64,000 nt of DNA, from assembly GCA_963677595.1 (NCBI GenBank), contig OY782041.1:1664001-1728000 (forward strand). The letters are read 5' to 3'. The stretch's first letter is position 1. Each line of letters starts with the position of its first letter. The stretch comes from Spirochaetia bacterium. Lineage in GTDB: Bacteria; Spirochaetota; Spirochaetia; CAKZLE01. Position numbers and translations under genes: made by a program. This document shows positions 26,567 to 36,004 of this stretch, piece after piece. Under the pieces are notes generated by a model. That model searched no databases. It was given only the letters and a program-made list of their open reading frames with translations, and had not been told where the DNA came from.

Positions 26567-28318
26567 CTATTCCCGCTGCTTCTTGACCGTAATGGTTTTC
26601 ACTGCCAATTCTTCTTTCAGGTCAAGCGGCAGATTCCATGGGAGGAAGGTTGTGAAATCTACCGCCTGTACTGGCAGATCGCGAATACGGGTTACCTGTT
26701 TGAGCAGGTAGTCCATATAGCCATACAGGTCCAGGTCCCAGAGATTAGCCGTCTGGATGATACTCTCCAGGGTTGCCAGCGCCTTCGCACCGGTAACCGA
26801 ACCGGCGAACAGGGAGTTCATGCGGACTGTTGAGAATGCTCTGATAATGCGCTCACTTCTCGAGTTGTCTGGATTCAGGTTTGCACATGCGAGATACGTC
26901 TGGAACAGTTGCTCATGGTTGAGGTAGTAGTTCATGCCATCCATGATATAGCTGTCATTGGTATGTAAATCATACCGTCCGGTAATCCAGGCGGAGAGTT
27001 TTTCAAACAGCGGCAGGGTATCAGTTTTTCGATCGTTGAGGAACTGCTGTTCACTGATACTCTGCTCATCCTGCCACCGGACGCGGTGAGCAGCATCGAC
27101 TTTGTAGATCTGCCCGATCAGTCGAAGAATTTTATTCAGCGTACTATGGCCGTCGGATCCGCTCTGGTACCCACCTGCCTTCTGTGCATCAACGAACCGC
27201 CTCCGAAGATGAGCGATACAGAGAGCCAGCGTATACTGGTAGTGTTGCTTCTCTGCCTGGTAGCCTGTATAGCAGTCTGCCTGCACAAACCCGTCGTATC
27301 CATCGACGATATCCTTGAACACATCACTTGACCGGGATCGGTCATATTGGAAGTAGGCAGCCGGCCGATCTGGTGTCGCACTGCAGATGACCCACAGCCA
27401 GGATTTCAGCTCATCAGCTCGATCCTTCTCATCAAGTACTTGCAGACGTGTTTCGTCAGCATTGATCGCAGGCTGCCTGAGAATCTCATTCTTGATGGCC
27501 GTAGCGATGGGCTCAAGCTCCATACCGGCACGCAGGTGCCAGTTCGAGAAGTTCTGCTCACTGAGTGCTACACCAAACTGTCTGAACTGTTTTGCGATTC
27601 GGGTCACTGACAGACCGTAGAAGAACTTGTCAACCAGAGAGGCAGCAATCAGACGGTCTCCCGCAAGACCTCCCGGGATAAACCGCTCAGGAGCCTTGGC
27701 AGTCATGATCATCCGGCGCTTCGCTCCCTGCCCGTCATAGGCCGTACCACAACCGGTACAATAGCCTTTGTGCTTGGTCTGTCGAATAATCTTCAGCCGT
27801 TCTTTGATGACGTCAATATGTTCGTGTACATCCTGATTCTCGATTTCCTGAATCTCACCACCGCAGATACTGCACAGCTTGTCAAGCTGGTATTCTCGCT
27901 GCTCCCGCGGGTAGGACGGATCGAACGTCTGCCGACCTCCGCCAATACCGGGTTTGCGGTGTTTCGGATGTCGGTTCCTCATCCGCGGCGGCTCTTGCTC
28001 CTGATCAACAGCCTGTTTTGCCTCTTCGACAATCTGCCGCTCCTCGTCATTGAGCTCACTCTCCGGCTTCTCAAGGAGTTCTACCGGGATGTTGAACAGC
28101 TTCCGATACTTCTCACTTGAGCTGCCGAACTTGAGAAACAGCTCAAGACGGAGCTTCTCCTTGCCTGAACGGACTACACGGGTGAGTACTTCGACATCTT
28201 CAGTCAATTCTGCAACCTGTGCATTCGCAGCTTTCAGCTCTTTCTCAGACCGGGCTTTTTCCTTCTTTAACTCTGAGACCTGCATCTTCAACAATGCAAT
28301 CTGTTCTTTGTCTGTCAT
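26567..28318 (-). CDS. tnpC: IS66 transposase TnpC (ORF track starts at 28354)
   Basis: 'FGSSSEK', CxxC zinc finger, 'ADET', 'CIAHLRRRF', 'DNSRSERIIR'. Confidence 0.92.
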   Translation of the reverse strand: MTDKEQIALLKMQVSELKKEKARSEKELKAANAQVAELTEDVEVLTRVVRSGKEKLRLELFLKFGSSSEKYRKLFNIPVELLEKPESELNDEERQIVEEAKQAVDQEQEPPRMRNRHPKHRKPGIGGGRQTFDPSYPREQREYQLDKLCSICGGEIQEIENQDVHEHIDVIKERLKIIRQTKHKGYCTGCGTAYDGQGAKRRMIMTAKAPERFIPGGLAGDRLIAASLVDKFFYGLSVTRIAKQFRQFGVALSEQNFSNWHLRAGMELEPIATAIKNEILRQPAINADETRLQVLDEKDRADELKSWLWVICSATPDRPAAYFQYDRSRSSDVFKDIVDGYDGFVQADCYTGYQAEKQHYQYTLALCIAHLRRRFVDAQKAGGYQSGSDGHSTLNKILRLIGQIYKVDAAHRVRWQDEQSISEQQFLNDRKTDTLPLFEKLSAWITGRYDLHTNDSYIMDGMNYYLNHEQLFQTYLACANLNPDNSRSERIIRAFSTVRMNSLFAGSVTGAKALATLESIIQTANLWDLDLYGYMDYLLKQVTRIRDLPVQAVDFTTFLPWNLPLDLKEELAVKTITVKKQRE

Positions 28319-28538
28319 GCTGACAAGCATACCATAATTGCACAGAAAGAACAACCTAATTGATTATATTGCAACTAGTTGCATAGGTCTGCAACACGGA
28401 CAATGTCAGAGGTCTGCCTTGCAGGAACCCCTGGTGCGCCCTGTTTTTGCCCCAGCTGATCCCAGACGTGTATACCCTCTCGTTTCTTCGTACCACAGGC
28501 GTTCAGAAGCGTCCAAAATTTTGTGTTCTTTTTTCCTG

Positions 28539-28907
28539 TCACAGATGCAGGGCTATCCTGGTCACCTGGTTCCGTGCCTGCAGCTGATCAAGGGAGACTG
28601 GATCGCTTATGAGTCGGCGGAGCTCATCCGCAGTTATTGCGGCTGCTGCATTCCGGTCTTTCGGCCAGGGGTACCGCCCATACCGGATAACCCTCGTACA
28701 CATCCAGCACCCGGCTCCTTCACTGTATACGATCCGGATCTGCTTCCTGCTCGTTGAACAGAATACAAAGATCGACTGTTCATCCAGAGGCAGGTCCATT
28801 GCCCCCAGCACCAGGGAGATCATGCCCCGCACACCCCGACGAAAGTCGGTAGAGCCTACCCGTAGAAAGATCTTCTTTCCTTCCAGTGATGTGTCGAATG
28901 GCACCAT
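28539..28907 (-). CDS. tnpB: IS66 accessory protein TnpB
   Basis: 'TDFRRG', 'IFVFC', 'YPWP'. Confidence 0.88.
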   Translation of the reverse strand: MVPFDTSLEGKKIFLRVGSTDFRRGVRGMISLVLGAMDLPLDEQSIFVFCSTSRKQIRIVYSEGAGCWMCTRVIRYGRYPWPKDRNAAAAITADELRRLISDPVSLDQLQARNQVTRIALHL

Positions 28908-29269
28908 TACAGGACCCCCATAAGATACGTTACTTTCGTAACATTCTCACGTGTGCAGGCCAACGCCTGCAGAGTGCAGCAGCATGCATATACCTGTTGG
29001 TGAAACCGGACCATCTCTTCAAGCGATAACCGTTGACACTGCTCATCTGGCTGTGTTCCTTCAATGTGGTAACAAACTATGCCATGCTCGGCCACCTCAT
29101 GTGCCTCATCTCGGTTGAGGGCTTTCATCCAACGCTTGAGCGTTGTTATTGTCACGGTAACCTCCGGCCTTTTGCAGTAGGTGAATACCGTGAGTCCGGA
29201 TTGCAGATAATCTTCGATAATCTGTTCTCGCTCCGCGGTCGTGTATGGTTCTATTCGTCTCATATTCAT
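28907..29269 (-). CDS. tnpA: IS66 accessory protein TnpA (HTH)
   Basis: 'SGLTVFTYC...TLKRW'; first ORF of the IS66. Confidence 0.75.
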   Translation of the reverse strand: MNMRRIEPYTTAEREQIIEDYLQSGLTVFTYCKRPEVTVTITTLKRWMKALNRDEAHEVAEHGIVCYHIEGTQPDEQCQRLSLEEMVRFHQQVYACCCTLQALACTRENVTKVTYLMGVL

Positions 29270-29515
29270 CCTCCGCTGTTACGTTAGAGGATTCTCAACT
29301 CCCTGCATACTGTGTATGCGGTTTGATGCTCACTTTGAAGAAATACAATGATATGGTTCAAGCAGTCCTAATATTTGAGGATTTACTTAATGGAATATCC
29401 ATTTTATCAACAATGGATTTAAGGTCTCATAAACCATTTTATGAAAAAGTATTAGAAGTAAAGCAAAATGATTTACTTTTTTCAAAAAAGTAAGTATTAA
29501 CTGGTTTTCATAAAT

Positions 29516-32500
29516 ATGGCTTATATAAAGGATAATTGTAAATTGAAATTTATAAATAATGGGCCAGATATTCCAAATAATCTATTTGAGGCGCATAAAG
29601 AGGGACGGGTAGTTTTCTTCTGTGGGGCGGGTATATCTTTCAATGCTGGGTTAAAAGGCTTTGGGTGGCTTGTTGATAAATTGCTTGATAAATTAGGAAA
29701 GGATGCAACTCCTTTAATCAAAAGGGCGTTAAAAGATAAACGGTATGATATAGCTATTGATCTATTAGAAAAAGATTATCCTGGTGGTCGGTTTTCAGTT
29801 AGAAAAGAATTAATCAAAATATTAAAGCCAGACATAAAGAAAAAAGGATCTTTCGAAACACATAAAGCTTTACTTGATCTTTCATCAGATCAAGACGGGC
29901 AGATTCGATTGGTTACAACAAATTTTGATCAATTATTTGAAATATCTGCCAAAGATCGCTCTCCAGAGGTTAAGAAATTTAATGCCCCATATTTACCAAT
30001 TCCTAAAAAAAATAAATGGGATGGATTGGTATATTTACATGGATTATTACCAAATACTGCAAATGAAAAAGACTTAAATCAGTTAGTCTTATCAAGTGGT
30101 GATTTTGGTCTAGCCTATTTAACAGAAAGATGGGCAGCTCGGTTTGTAACTGAGCTATTCAGGAATTATATAGTCTGTTTTGTAGGATACAGTATTGATG
30201 ATCCAATTATCAGATATATGATGGACGCTTTAGCTGCTGATCGTATGATGGGTGAAAAGCCTTTGGATTCATATGCTTTTTGCGCCTATAAAACTGGCAA
30301 AGAAAATTCAGTAAAAAATGAATGGGAAGCAAAAGGAGTAACGCCAATTCTATATGAATGGTCTAGAAGGTTTCCTAGGCATAACCTCTTACATAAAACT
30401 TTAAAAGCATGGGCATATATGCATAAACAAGGGCTAAAAGGACTAGAAGAAATAATACTTAATAGTGTATTAATCAAACCAACTTTGAGTACTGTTCAAG
30501 ATGATTCAATAAATCGTTTCCTATGGGCTATATCAGAAAAAACAGGGAAGATGGCGAAACTTTTTGCTGAATTTAATCCTGTACCCGCATTTGAATGGTT
30601 TGATGAATTAATCAAACCAGCATATGGAGTTAGTGATTTTATAAGATTTGGGATCTCTCCAAATGGGAAAACTGATTCAGATTTCCAGTTTAATATATTT
30701 AGACGACCTGCTCCAACGAACCTTGCAGATTATCCATCTTTTATGGGGCTAACATATAATTATGAGTATATAAATAATTGGGATGAAGTGCTGAAACACA
30801 TATCACGTTGGTTATTAAGATATATAAATAATCCTAAAGTCATTCTTTGGCTAACTAGTCAAAATGGAGAACTACATCCACAGTTTATTAGACTACTTGA
30901 AAGTAAATTGCATAAATTAGCAAAAATGGAAAAAGAGGGGAGGACCAAGGAACTGGAAGAACTTCGTAAAAATGCTCCAGAATCCATTCCTACCAACTTC
31001 ATGATTCGTTTATGGCGATTATTCATAGATGGTCAGATTCATATGAAAAAATCACGTATTTCAGAATACGATCTCTCAGAGAGATTAAAAAATGAAGAAT
31101 TCTCTTTTGATTTACATGTGCAATTACGAAAGTTCCTTTCGCCAAAAATAAAACTTGATAGACAATATTCATTGTCAGAAAAACCGACTAAATCCTTACC
31201 TCCAATTCGTTATGAGTTAAGTTTGGATTGTGGGTATTTATATAATACTTTGCATCATAATAAAGCAGATTGGTGGCAAAAAATATTGCCATTATTCTTT
31301 TTTGATGCACAACAACTATTAATCGATGCTATGAATTTACATAAGTATGTTAATAACAATGAAGTATATGATTTTTTAAATTTTGATATGCCTTCTATAA
31401 GTGAACATAGCCAAAATCAAAATAGGCATAATTGGATTCTATTAATTGAAATTGTTAGAGATGCCTGGCTAATTATCAAGGAACAAGATCCAATAAAAGC
31501 AAAGAAAATCGCAGTAGATTGGTTTGACTCTACATTTGTAGTCTTTAAAAGGCTTGCCTTATTTGCTGCTAGTTTTGATGATATCATACCTTCAGAGTTA
31601 TGGGTTGAGTGGGTATTGGCTGATAACTCATTTGCCTTATGGAATTTTCAAACAGGTAGAGAGTTATATAGGTTATTAGTTTTACAGGGTTGTGCTCTAA
31701 CAAATAAATCACAAAATTTACTAGAAAAGGGAATTTGTAGAGGTCCTCACCAGAATCAAGATGGGTCAGATGAGACTGATAAACAAAAGTATAGAGATAA
31801 TGAGATTTGGCTTCGTTTAGCAAAACTAAGATTATCAAAAAAGCTTGGAGAAGATGCAGAAAGTCTATTTCAAAACTTAACAGAAAAATATCCTAACAGG
31901 AAACTTGCCAGTGATGAGAGTGATGAATTTGTTATCTGGAGATCCTTCTCAACACACGTTAGAAGAAATGACTCAAGTTTTGATGAGTTGCCAGAAGACC
32001 GTATGGGGTTGGTTGACTGGATCAAAAAACATATTGATGAAAAGAATTTTTCCATACTGAGTGATTGGAGCAATCATTGTCGAAAAAATCCAAAAGTTGC
32101 AGGGTTAGCACTGTTTGAAGTTATTCAAGAGGAAAATATCCCAATCAATTTAAGTAGAGAGTTATTCTATGCATGGAGTTCCTCGGATGAACTATGCCTC
32201 GAAACATGGGAGTGTTTTTCAATAGAAGTATCTGAGTTATTAAAAATTCAACTACAGAATATGTATATTGGAATAGCTCATTGGTTAAATAAGTGTGCAA
32301 TGGTTTTAAATAGCAGCAATGAAACCCTTGTAATTAAGATATGTAAAAAAATGCTTAATCTCTCAATTAATTCCGATACAGGAATACAATTAGATGGAGA
32401 TCCAATAGACCAGCCTGTAACAGAAGCGATTAATCATCCTATAGGGAAGATTACTGAGGCGATTATAAGTATCTATTTTAAAACCGAAAGAAATGATAAT

Positions 32501-33340
32501 GAAGGATTACCTGAAGCAATTCGTTTAATTTTTACGAAGCTCTGTAATATTGACAGAAGAGATTATCGTCATGGACGAGTTATATTGGCCTCTCAGGTTA
32601 TATCCTTATTTAGAATTGATGGTGATTGGACCAGACAAAATCTTATCCCCTTATTTGATTGGAGTAGAAGCTCAGAGGATTCAAGGTGTGTTTGGGAGGG
32701 GTTTTTATGGTCTCCACAAATGTATCTTCCTGTTATTTCATTAATAAAAGAAGATTTAATAAAAACAGTAGAACATTACCAAGAGTTAAATGAATTTGAT
32801 CGACAATTTGTTATGTTTATCACTTTCCTTGCATTGGATTATCCTGATGTTTTCTCGAAATCCGAGCTAATATCCACATTCAATAATCTTCCACAGCAGG
32901 GTTTGGAAGAATCATTAGACGTAATTTTACAAAGTCTCAAAAGTCATGAAACAAAACCAGAAAAATACTGGGAAGAAAAGGTTAAACCTTTTTGGAGTAA
33001 TTATTGGCCAAAATCAAGAAAAAAAATTAACTCACACATAACAGAGATAGTTGCTCAAATCTGTATAGAATCTAGAGAAGCTTTTCAAGATTCTTATACT
33101 ACATTATCAAATTGGTTAGTCCCATTAGAATATCCAACATATGTTTTAATACAATTGCTAAAATTTGGACATTGCAAAAGATTTCCATACGAATCGCTTA
33201 TGTTAATAGATGCAATAATTGAGACCCCTACTTCTTTGTCATCTAATGAGCTTGAAAAATGTTTAAGCCTTATAAGATCGATAGATTCATCATTAGAAGA
33301 CTCGTCTCAATTTAAAAGATTGAATAATTTAATTCAGTAG
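29516..33340 (+). CDS. dsr1: Defense-associated sirtuin, Dsr1-like (SIR2 NADase with a long helical C-terminus)
   Basis: 1274 aa; 'FINNGPDIP...EGRVVFFCGAGIS', 'LVTTNFD', 'YLHG', 'SGDFGLAYLTERWAARF', 'FVGYSIDDP', 'EAINHPIG'. Confidence 0.85.
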   Translation: MAYIKDNCKLKFINNGPDIPNNLFEAHKEGRVVFFCGAGISFNAGLKGFGWLVDKLLDKLGKDATPLIKRALKDKRYDIAIDLLEKDYPGGRFSVRKELIKILKPDIKKKGSFETHKALLDLSSDQDGQIRLVTTNFDQLFEISAKDRSPEVKKFNAPYLPIPKKNKWDGLVYLHGLLPNTANEKDLNQLVLSSGDFGLAYLTERWAARFVTELFRNYIVCFVGYSIDDPIIRYMMDALAADRMMGEKPLDSYAFCAYKTGKENSVKNEWEAKGVTPILYEWSRRFPRHNLLHKTLKAWAYMHKQGLKGLEEIILNSVLIKPTLSTVQDDSINRFLWAISEKTGKMAKLFAEFNPVPAFEWFDELIKPAYGVSDFIRFGISPNGKTDSDFQFNIFRRPAPTNLADYPSFMGLTYNYEYINNWDEVLKHISRWLLRYINNPKVILWLTSQNGELHPQFIRLLESKLHKLAKMEKEGRTKELEELRKNAPESIPTNFMIRLWRLFIDGQIHMKKSRISEYDLSERLKNEEFSFDLHVQLRKFLSPKIKLDRQYSLSEKPTKSLPPIRYELSLDCGYLYNTLHHNKADWWQKILPLFFFDAQQLLIDAMNLHKYVNNNEVYDFLNFDMPSISEHSQNQNRHNWILLIEIVRDAWLIIKEQDPIKAKKIAVDWFDSTFVVFKRLALFAASFDDIIPSELWVEWVLADNSFALWNFQTGRELYRLLVLQGCALTNKSQNLLEKGICRGPHQNQDGSDETDKQKYRDNEIWLRLAKLRLSKKLGEDAESLFQNLTEKYPNRKLASDESDEFVIWRSFSTHVRRNDSSFDELPEDRMGLVDWIKKHIDEKNFSILSDWSNHCRKNPKVAGLALFEVIQEENIPINLSRELFYAWSSSDELCLETWECFSIEVSELLKIQLQNMYIGIAHWLNKCAMVLNSSNETLVIKICKKMLNLSINSDTGIQLDGDPIDQPVTEAINHPIGKITEAIISIYFKTERNDNEGLPEAIRLIFTKLCNIDRRDYRHGRVILASQVISLFRIDGDWTRQNLIPLFDWSRSSEDSRCVWEGFLWSPQMYLPVISLIKEDLIKTVEHYQELNEFDRQFVMFITFLALDYPDVFSKSELISTFNNLPQQGLEESLDVILQSLKSHETKPEKYWEEKVKPFWSNYWPKSRKKINSHITEIVAQICIESREAFQDSYTTLSNWLVPLEYPTYVLIQLLKFGHCKRFPYESLMLIDAIIETPTSLSSNELEKCLSLIRSIDSSLEDSSQFKRLNNLIQ

Positions 33341-33420
33341 TTCGAAAAACGGGGTATGCAATGTGCAAAATGATGTATCATCTTACTAAAAGATTCCTAT
33401 CGGATTCCCTTTTCCCCTTA

Positions 33421-34717
33421 GGAACTGTGCATAAATAACATAAGCAATATTGATTTCTTTGTCTTCTCATGATAGAATGGTGCATGCTCGATGAGATAAC
33501 GATAAAACGCATACATACCATAGTTCCTCTACTAGATGAGAGTCAGAAACGTAAATATCTTGCAGCTGAGGCTGAGAGTATTGGTCGCGGAGGGATTACC
33601 CAGATCAGTAAAGCGCTTGGTGTTTCTCGTAATACCATTGCTGCCGGGATCAAGGAGATCAGGGAACCTGTTGATCCAAGATCTTCAACCAGGATTCGGA
33701 AGGAAGGTGGTGGCCGCAAGCCAATAGAAGAGACGCAACCTGGCATCACGAAGGCGTTAGAAGCCCTGGTTGCTGACAGCAGTTTCGGTAATCCGGAATC
33801 ACCACTGCTGTGGACGACAAAAAGTCTAAGGAACCTGAGTGACGCCCTCGGTAAACAGGGCTTTCAGGTCTCGTTTTCCAAGGTCAGGCAGATGCTTTCC
33901 GACTTGGGCTACAGCATGCAGCTAAACCAGAAGATGCTGCAGGTCGGGAAGCCCCATCCTGACCGGGATGAGCAATTTCAGCATATCAACGAGATGGCTA
34001 AAGGATTCATAGCAGAAGGGTTACCAGTGATCTCTATTGATTGTAAAAAGAAAGAGCTGGTGGGTAATTTCAAGAATCAGGGTGCAGAGTATGCTAAATC
34101 AGGGAATCCGGTGAAAGTCCTTGATCACGACTTTCCGCTGCCTGATCTTGGGAAGGTTGCACCGTATGGGATCTATGATATAGCGAAGAATGAAGGATTC
34201 ATCAATCTTGGGGTCAGCTCAGACACGGCAAAGTTTGCGGTGAATTCTATCCGGGAATGGTGGGATGAGATGGGCAAAAGTCGGTACCCTTCAGCATCAA
34301 AGCTCTACATCACCGCAGACGGTGGTGGGAGTAACGGGAGCAGGAACAGACTCTGGAAGACCGAACTGCAGGAACTGGCGAATGAAACGGGATTGCAGAT
34401 CTATGTCTCCCATTTCCCACCGGGAACTTCAAAGTGGAATAAGATCGAACATCGAATGTTTAGCTACATCTCAAAGAATTGGAGGGGAAGACCCCTTGAA
34501 ACCCTCCTTGTCATAATCAGTCTGATTGAGTCAACAACGACCGAATCAGGATTGAAGATACAATGCGAATTGGATCAGAACATCTATGAGACAGGGATAA
34601 AGGTATCAGCTGAAGAACTTGAGAGGATCAATATTACGAGGAATGAATTTCATGGAGAATGGAATTACTGCATTGCTCCATCAGAAACATTCGCATAGAT
34701 TATTTATACACAGATCC
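33421..34717 (+). mobile_element. ISAzo13-family element
   Basis: Imperfect IRs GGAACTGTGCATAAATAA / TTATTTATACACAGATCC; flanked by a 3-bp TTA duplication. Confidence 0.85.
33484..34698 (+). CDS. ISAzo13-family transposase (ORF track starts at 33469)
   Basis: 'LLWTTKSLR', 'ISIDCKKKELVG', 'ADGGGSNG', 'PPGTSKWNKIEHR', 'FHGEWNY'. Confidence 0.93.
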   Translation: MLDEITIKRIHTIVPLLDESQKRKYLAAEAESIGRGGITQISKALGVSRNTIAAGIKEIREPVDPRSSTRIRKEGGGRKPIEETQPGITKALEALVADSSFGNPESPLLWTTKSLRNLSDALGKQGFQVSFSKVRQMLSDLGYSMQLNQKMLQVGKPHPDRDEQFQHINEMAKGFIAEGLPVISIDCKKKELVGNFKNQGAEYAKSGNPVKVLDHDFPLPDLGKVAPYGIYDIAKNEGFINLGVSSDTAKFAVNSIREWWDEMGKSRYPSASKLYITADGGGSNGSRNRLWKTELQELANETGLQIYVSHFPPGTSKWNKIEHRMFSYISKNWRGRPLETLLVIISLIESTTTESGLKIQCELDQNIYETGIKVSAEELERINITRNEFHGEWNYCIAPSETFA

Positions 34718-34725
34718 TTAATCCC

Positions 34726-35847
34726 TCAACTCGTCTCCCCATCCACAAACTCCGCAGATATCTCTATGCGCTTGAATGGGCCTTCCTGGTGGGCACTGTA
34801 GTCCTGGAATAGGTTATACGTCTCTTTGCTTAACTCCATATAGGGATACTTAAACGAGGTGAAGACGATATTTCCCTTAGAGGCGGCAAACTCATCATAA
34901 TCACAGCCTATGATGGCTATGTCTTCCGGTACCCGTATATTCCGCTCCCGCAGGATGGTGAGGAGGGCAAGAGCGTCCTTATCTGACCCGCAGGCATATG
35001 CTGTTGGGCCGTATTTTGTGAGGTCCAGTCTCTTGTGCAGCAGGGTAGGAGCCCGGTCTATGAGCTCAAGGTTCTCATACAGGCTCCCTTCCAGGGTAAT
35101 GTGCTCTTCTGCTACCGGGTGGCCAAGTTTCTCCAGCGTGTCCTTGAATCCCTTCAGCCGGTCAACCATCGTGCTGATCCTGCAGAACCCTGAGAAGAAC
35201 CCGATGGTCCTATGTCCCTTGGAATAGAGGTGCTCGGCTTGCTTCTGCCCGATCCCGTAATTATCGATACCTATATAATTGGAATCTATCCCGTCAATCT
35301 TCCGGTCGAGCAGGATGAGGGGCAGGTTGTTTTGCAACTCCTTTATAATCGCAACATGCCGGTTGGAATACGAGTCGCTCGTTACCAGGACCACCCCTTT
35401 GAGCCCCTCACAACCGGTAGCCAGTAAATTCTTAATAATGGCCTCCTCGAAATCCACATTGTTCTTATGGTTGCGCAGGATCAGGTTTGAACCGTTTTGG
35501 GTAAAGACCGTCTCCATGGCTTCCAGCAGCTTCGAGCCGACATAGTTCCAATAGCTGAAGGGGAGGATGAGCAGGATGTCAGAGCTGTCATTCAGCGGCC
35601 GAAGGTCCTTCTGGAATTCCCTGCAATCCGAGATGATCGTATACCCCTGACGGGTTGCACCTTGTCTTTCTATTATGTGCTCTGACTTCAGGATGTTTAC
35701 AGCAGATACAATAGTCTTCCTGGAATACCCATACACAGATTCCAGCTTGGATATAGAAGGGAACGTGGATCCTACTGGATATCTCTCCTCGAAGATAAGC
35801 TGTTTCAGGAGATCTGCAAATTGGACATATAACGAATCTCTGTTCAT
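34726..35847 (-). CDS. GntR-HTH/LacI-sensor regulator (AraR-like); ORF track starts at 35964
   Basis: N-terminal 'YPVGSTFPS...SRKTI' winged HTH; C-terminal 'RVPEDIAIIGCD'. Confidence 0.85.
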   Translation of the reverse strand: MNRDSLYVQFADLLKQLIFEERYPVGSTFPSISKLESVYGYSRKTIVSAVNILKSEHIIERQGATRQGYTIISDCREFQKDLRPLNDSSDILLILPFSYWNYVGSKLLEAMETVFTQNGSNLILRNHKNNVDFEEAIIKNLLATGCEGLKGVVLVTSDSYSNRHVAIIKELQNNLPLILLDRKIDGIDSNYIGIDNYGIGQKQAEHLYSKGHRTIGFFSGFCRISTMVDRLKGFKDTLEKLGHPVAEEHITLEGSLYENLELIDRAPTLLHKRLDLTKYGPTAYACGSDKDALALLTILRERNIRVPEDIAIIGCDYDEFAASKGNIVFTSFKYPYMELSKETYNLFQDYSAHQEGPFKRIEISAEFVDGETS

Positions 35848-35957
35848 ATGTGGTAGTGTACCACTCTTTTTCCGGGAAATCAATAACATGCGCAATTTGG
35901 GTGCATATAATTTAAATATTATACCTCTAAAAGGATCATAAAAAGAACATAAAAAGG

Positions 35958-35985
35958 TTGACAATGACTAAAACCAGGATATAAT
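35958..35985 (+). promoter_or_regulatory. Sigma70 promoter of the ABC operon
   Basis: TTGACA-16 bp-TATAAT. Confidence 0.75.
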
Positions 35986-36004
35986 AAACCATCAGGAGGA
36001 CGAC

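Larger units (their letters stand above)
26420..29333 (-). mobile_element. IS66-family element (2914 bp)
   Basis: 22-bp perfect IRs GTGAGCATCAAACCGCATACAC; 8-bp target duplication TTTGAAGA; tnpA-tnpB-tnpC order. Confidence 0.95.
25723..29493 (+). pseudogene. HEPN-domain nuclease (RiboL-PSP/MAE_28990-like) split by IS66; 282 aa rebuilt
   Basis: Rx4H motif 'RHRYAH'; 25723..26419 + 29342..29493 = 849 nt in frame, ending '...AFLKKYNDMV...LFSKK*'. Confidence 0.8.

Noticed and set aside
29245-29493. 82-aa stand-alone ORF
   Set aside because: Chimera of IS66 end sequence and the severed HEPN C-terminus
18165-34725. Integrative element with attL/attR at tRNA-Val
   Set aside because: No integrase and no repeat of the tRNA 3' end was found by eye
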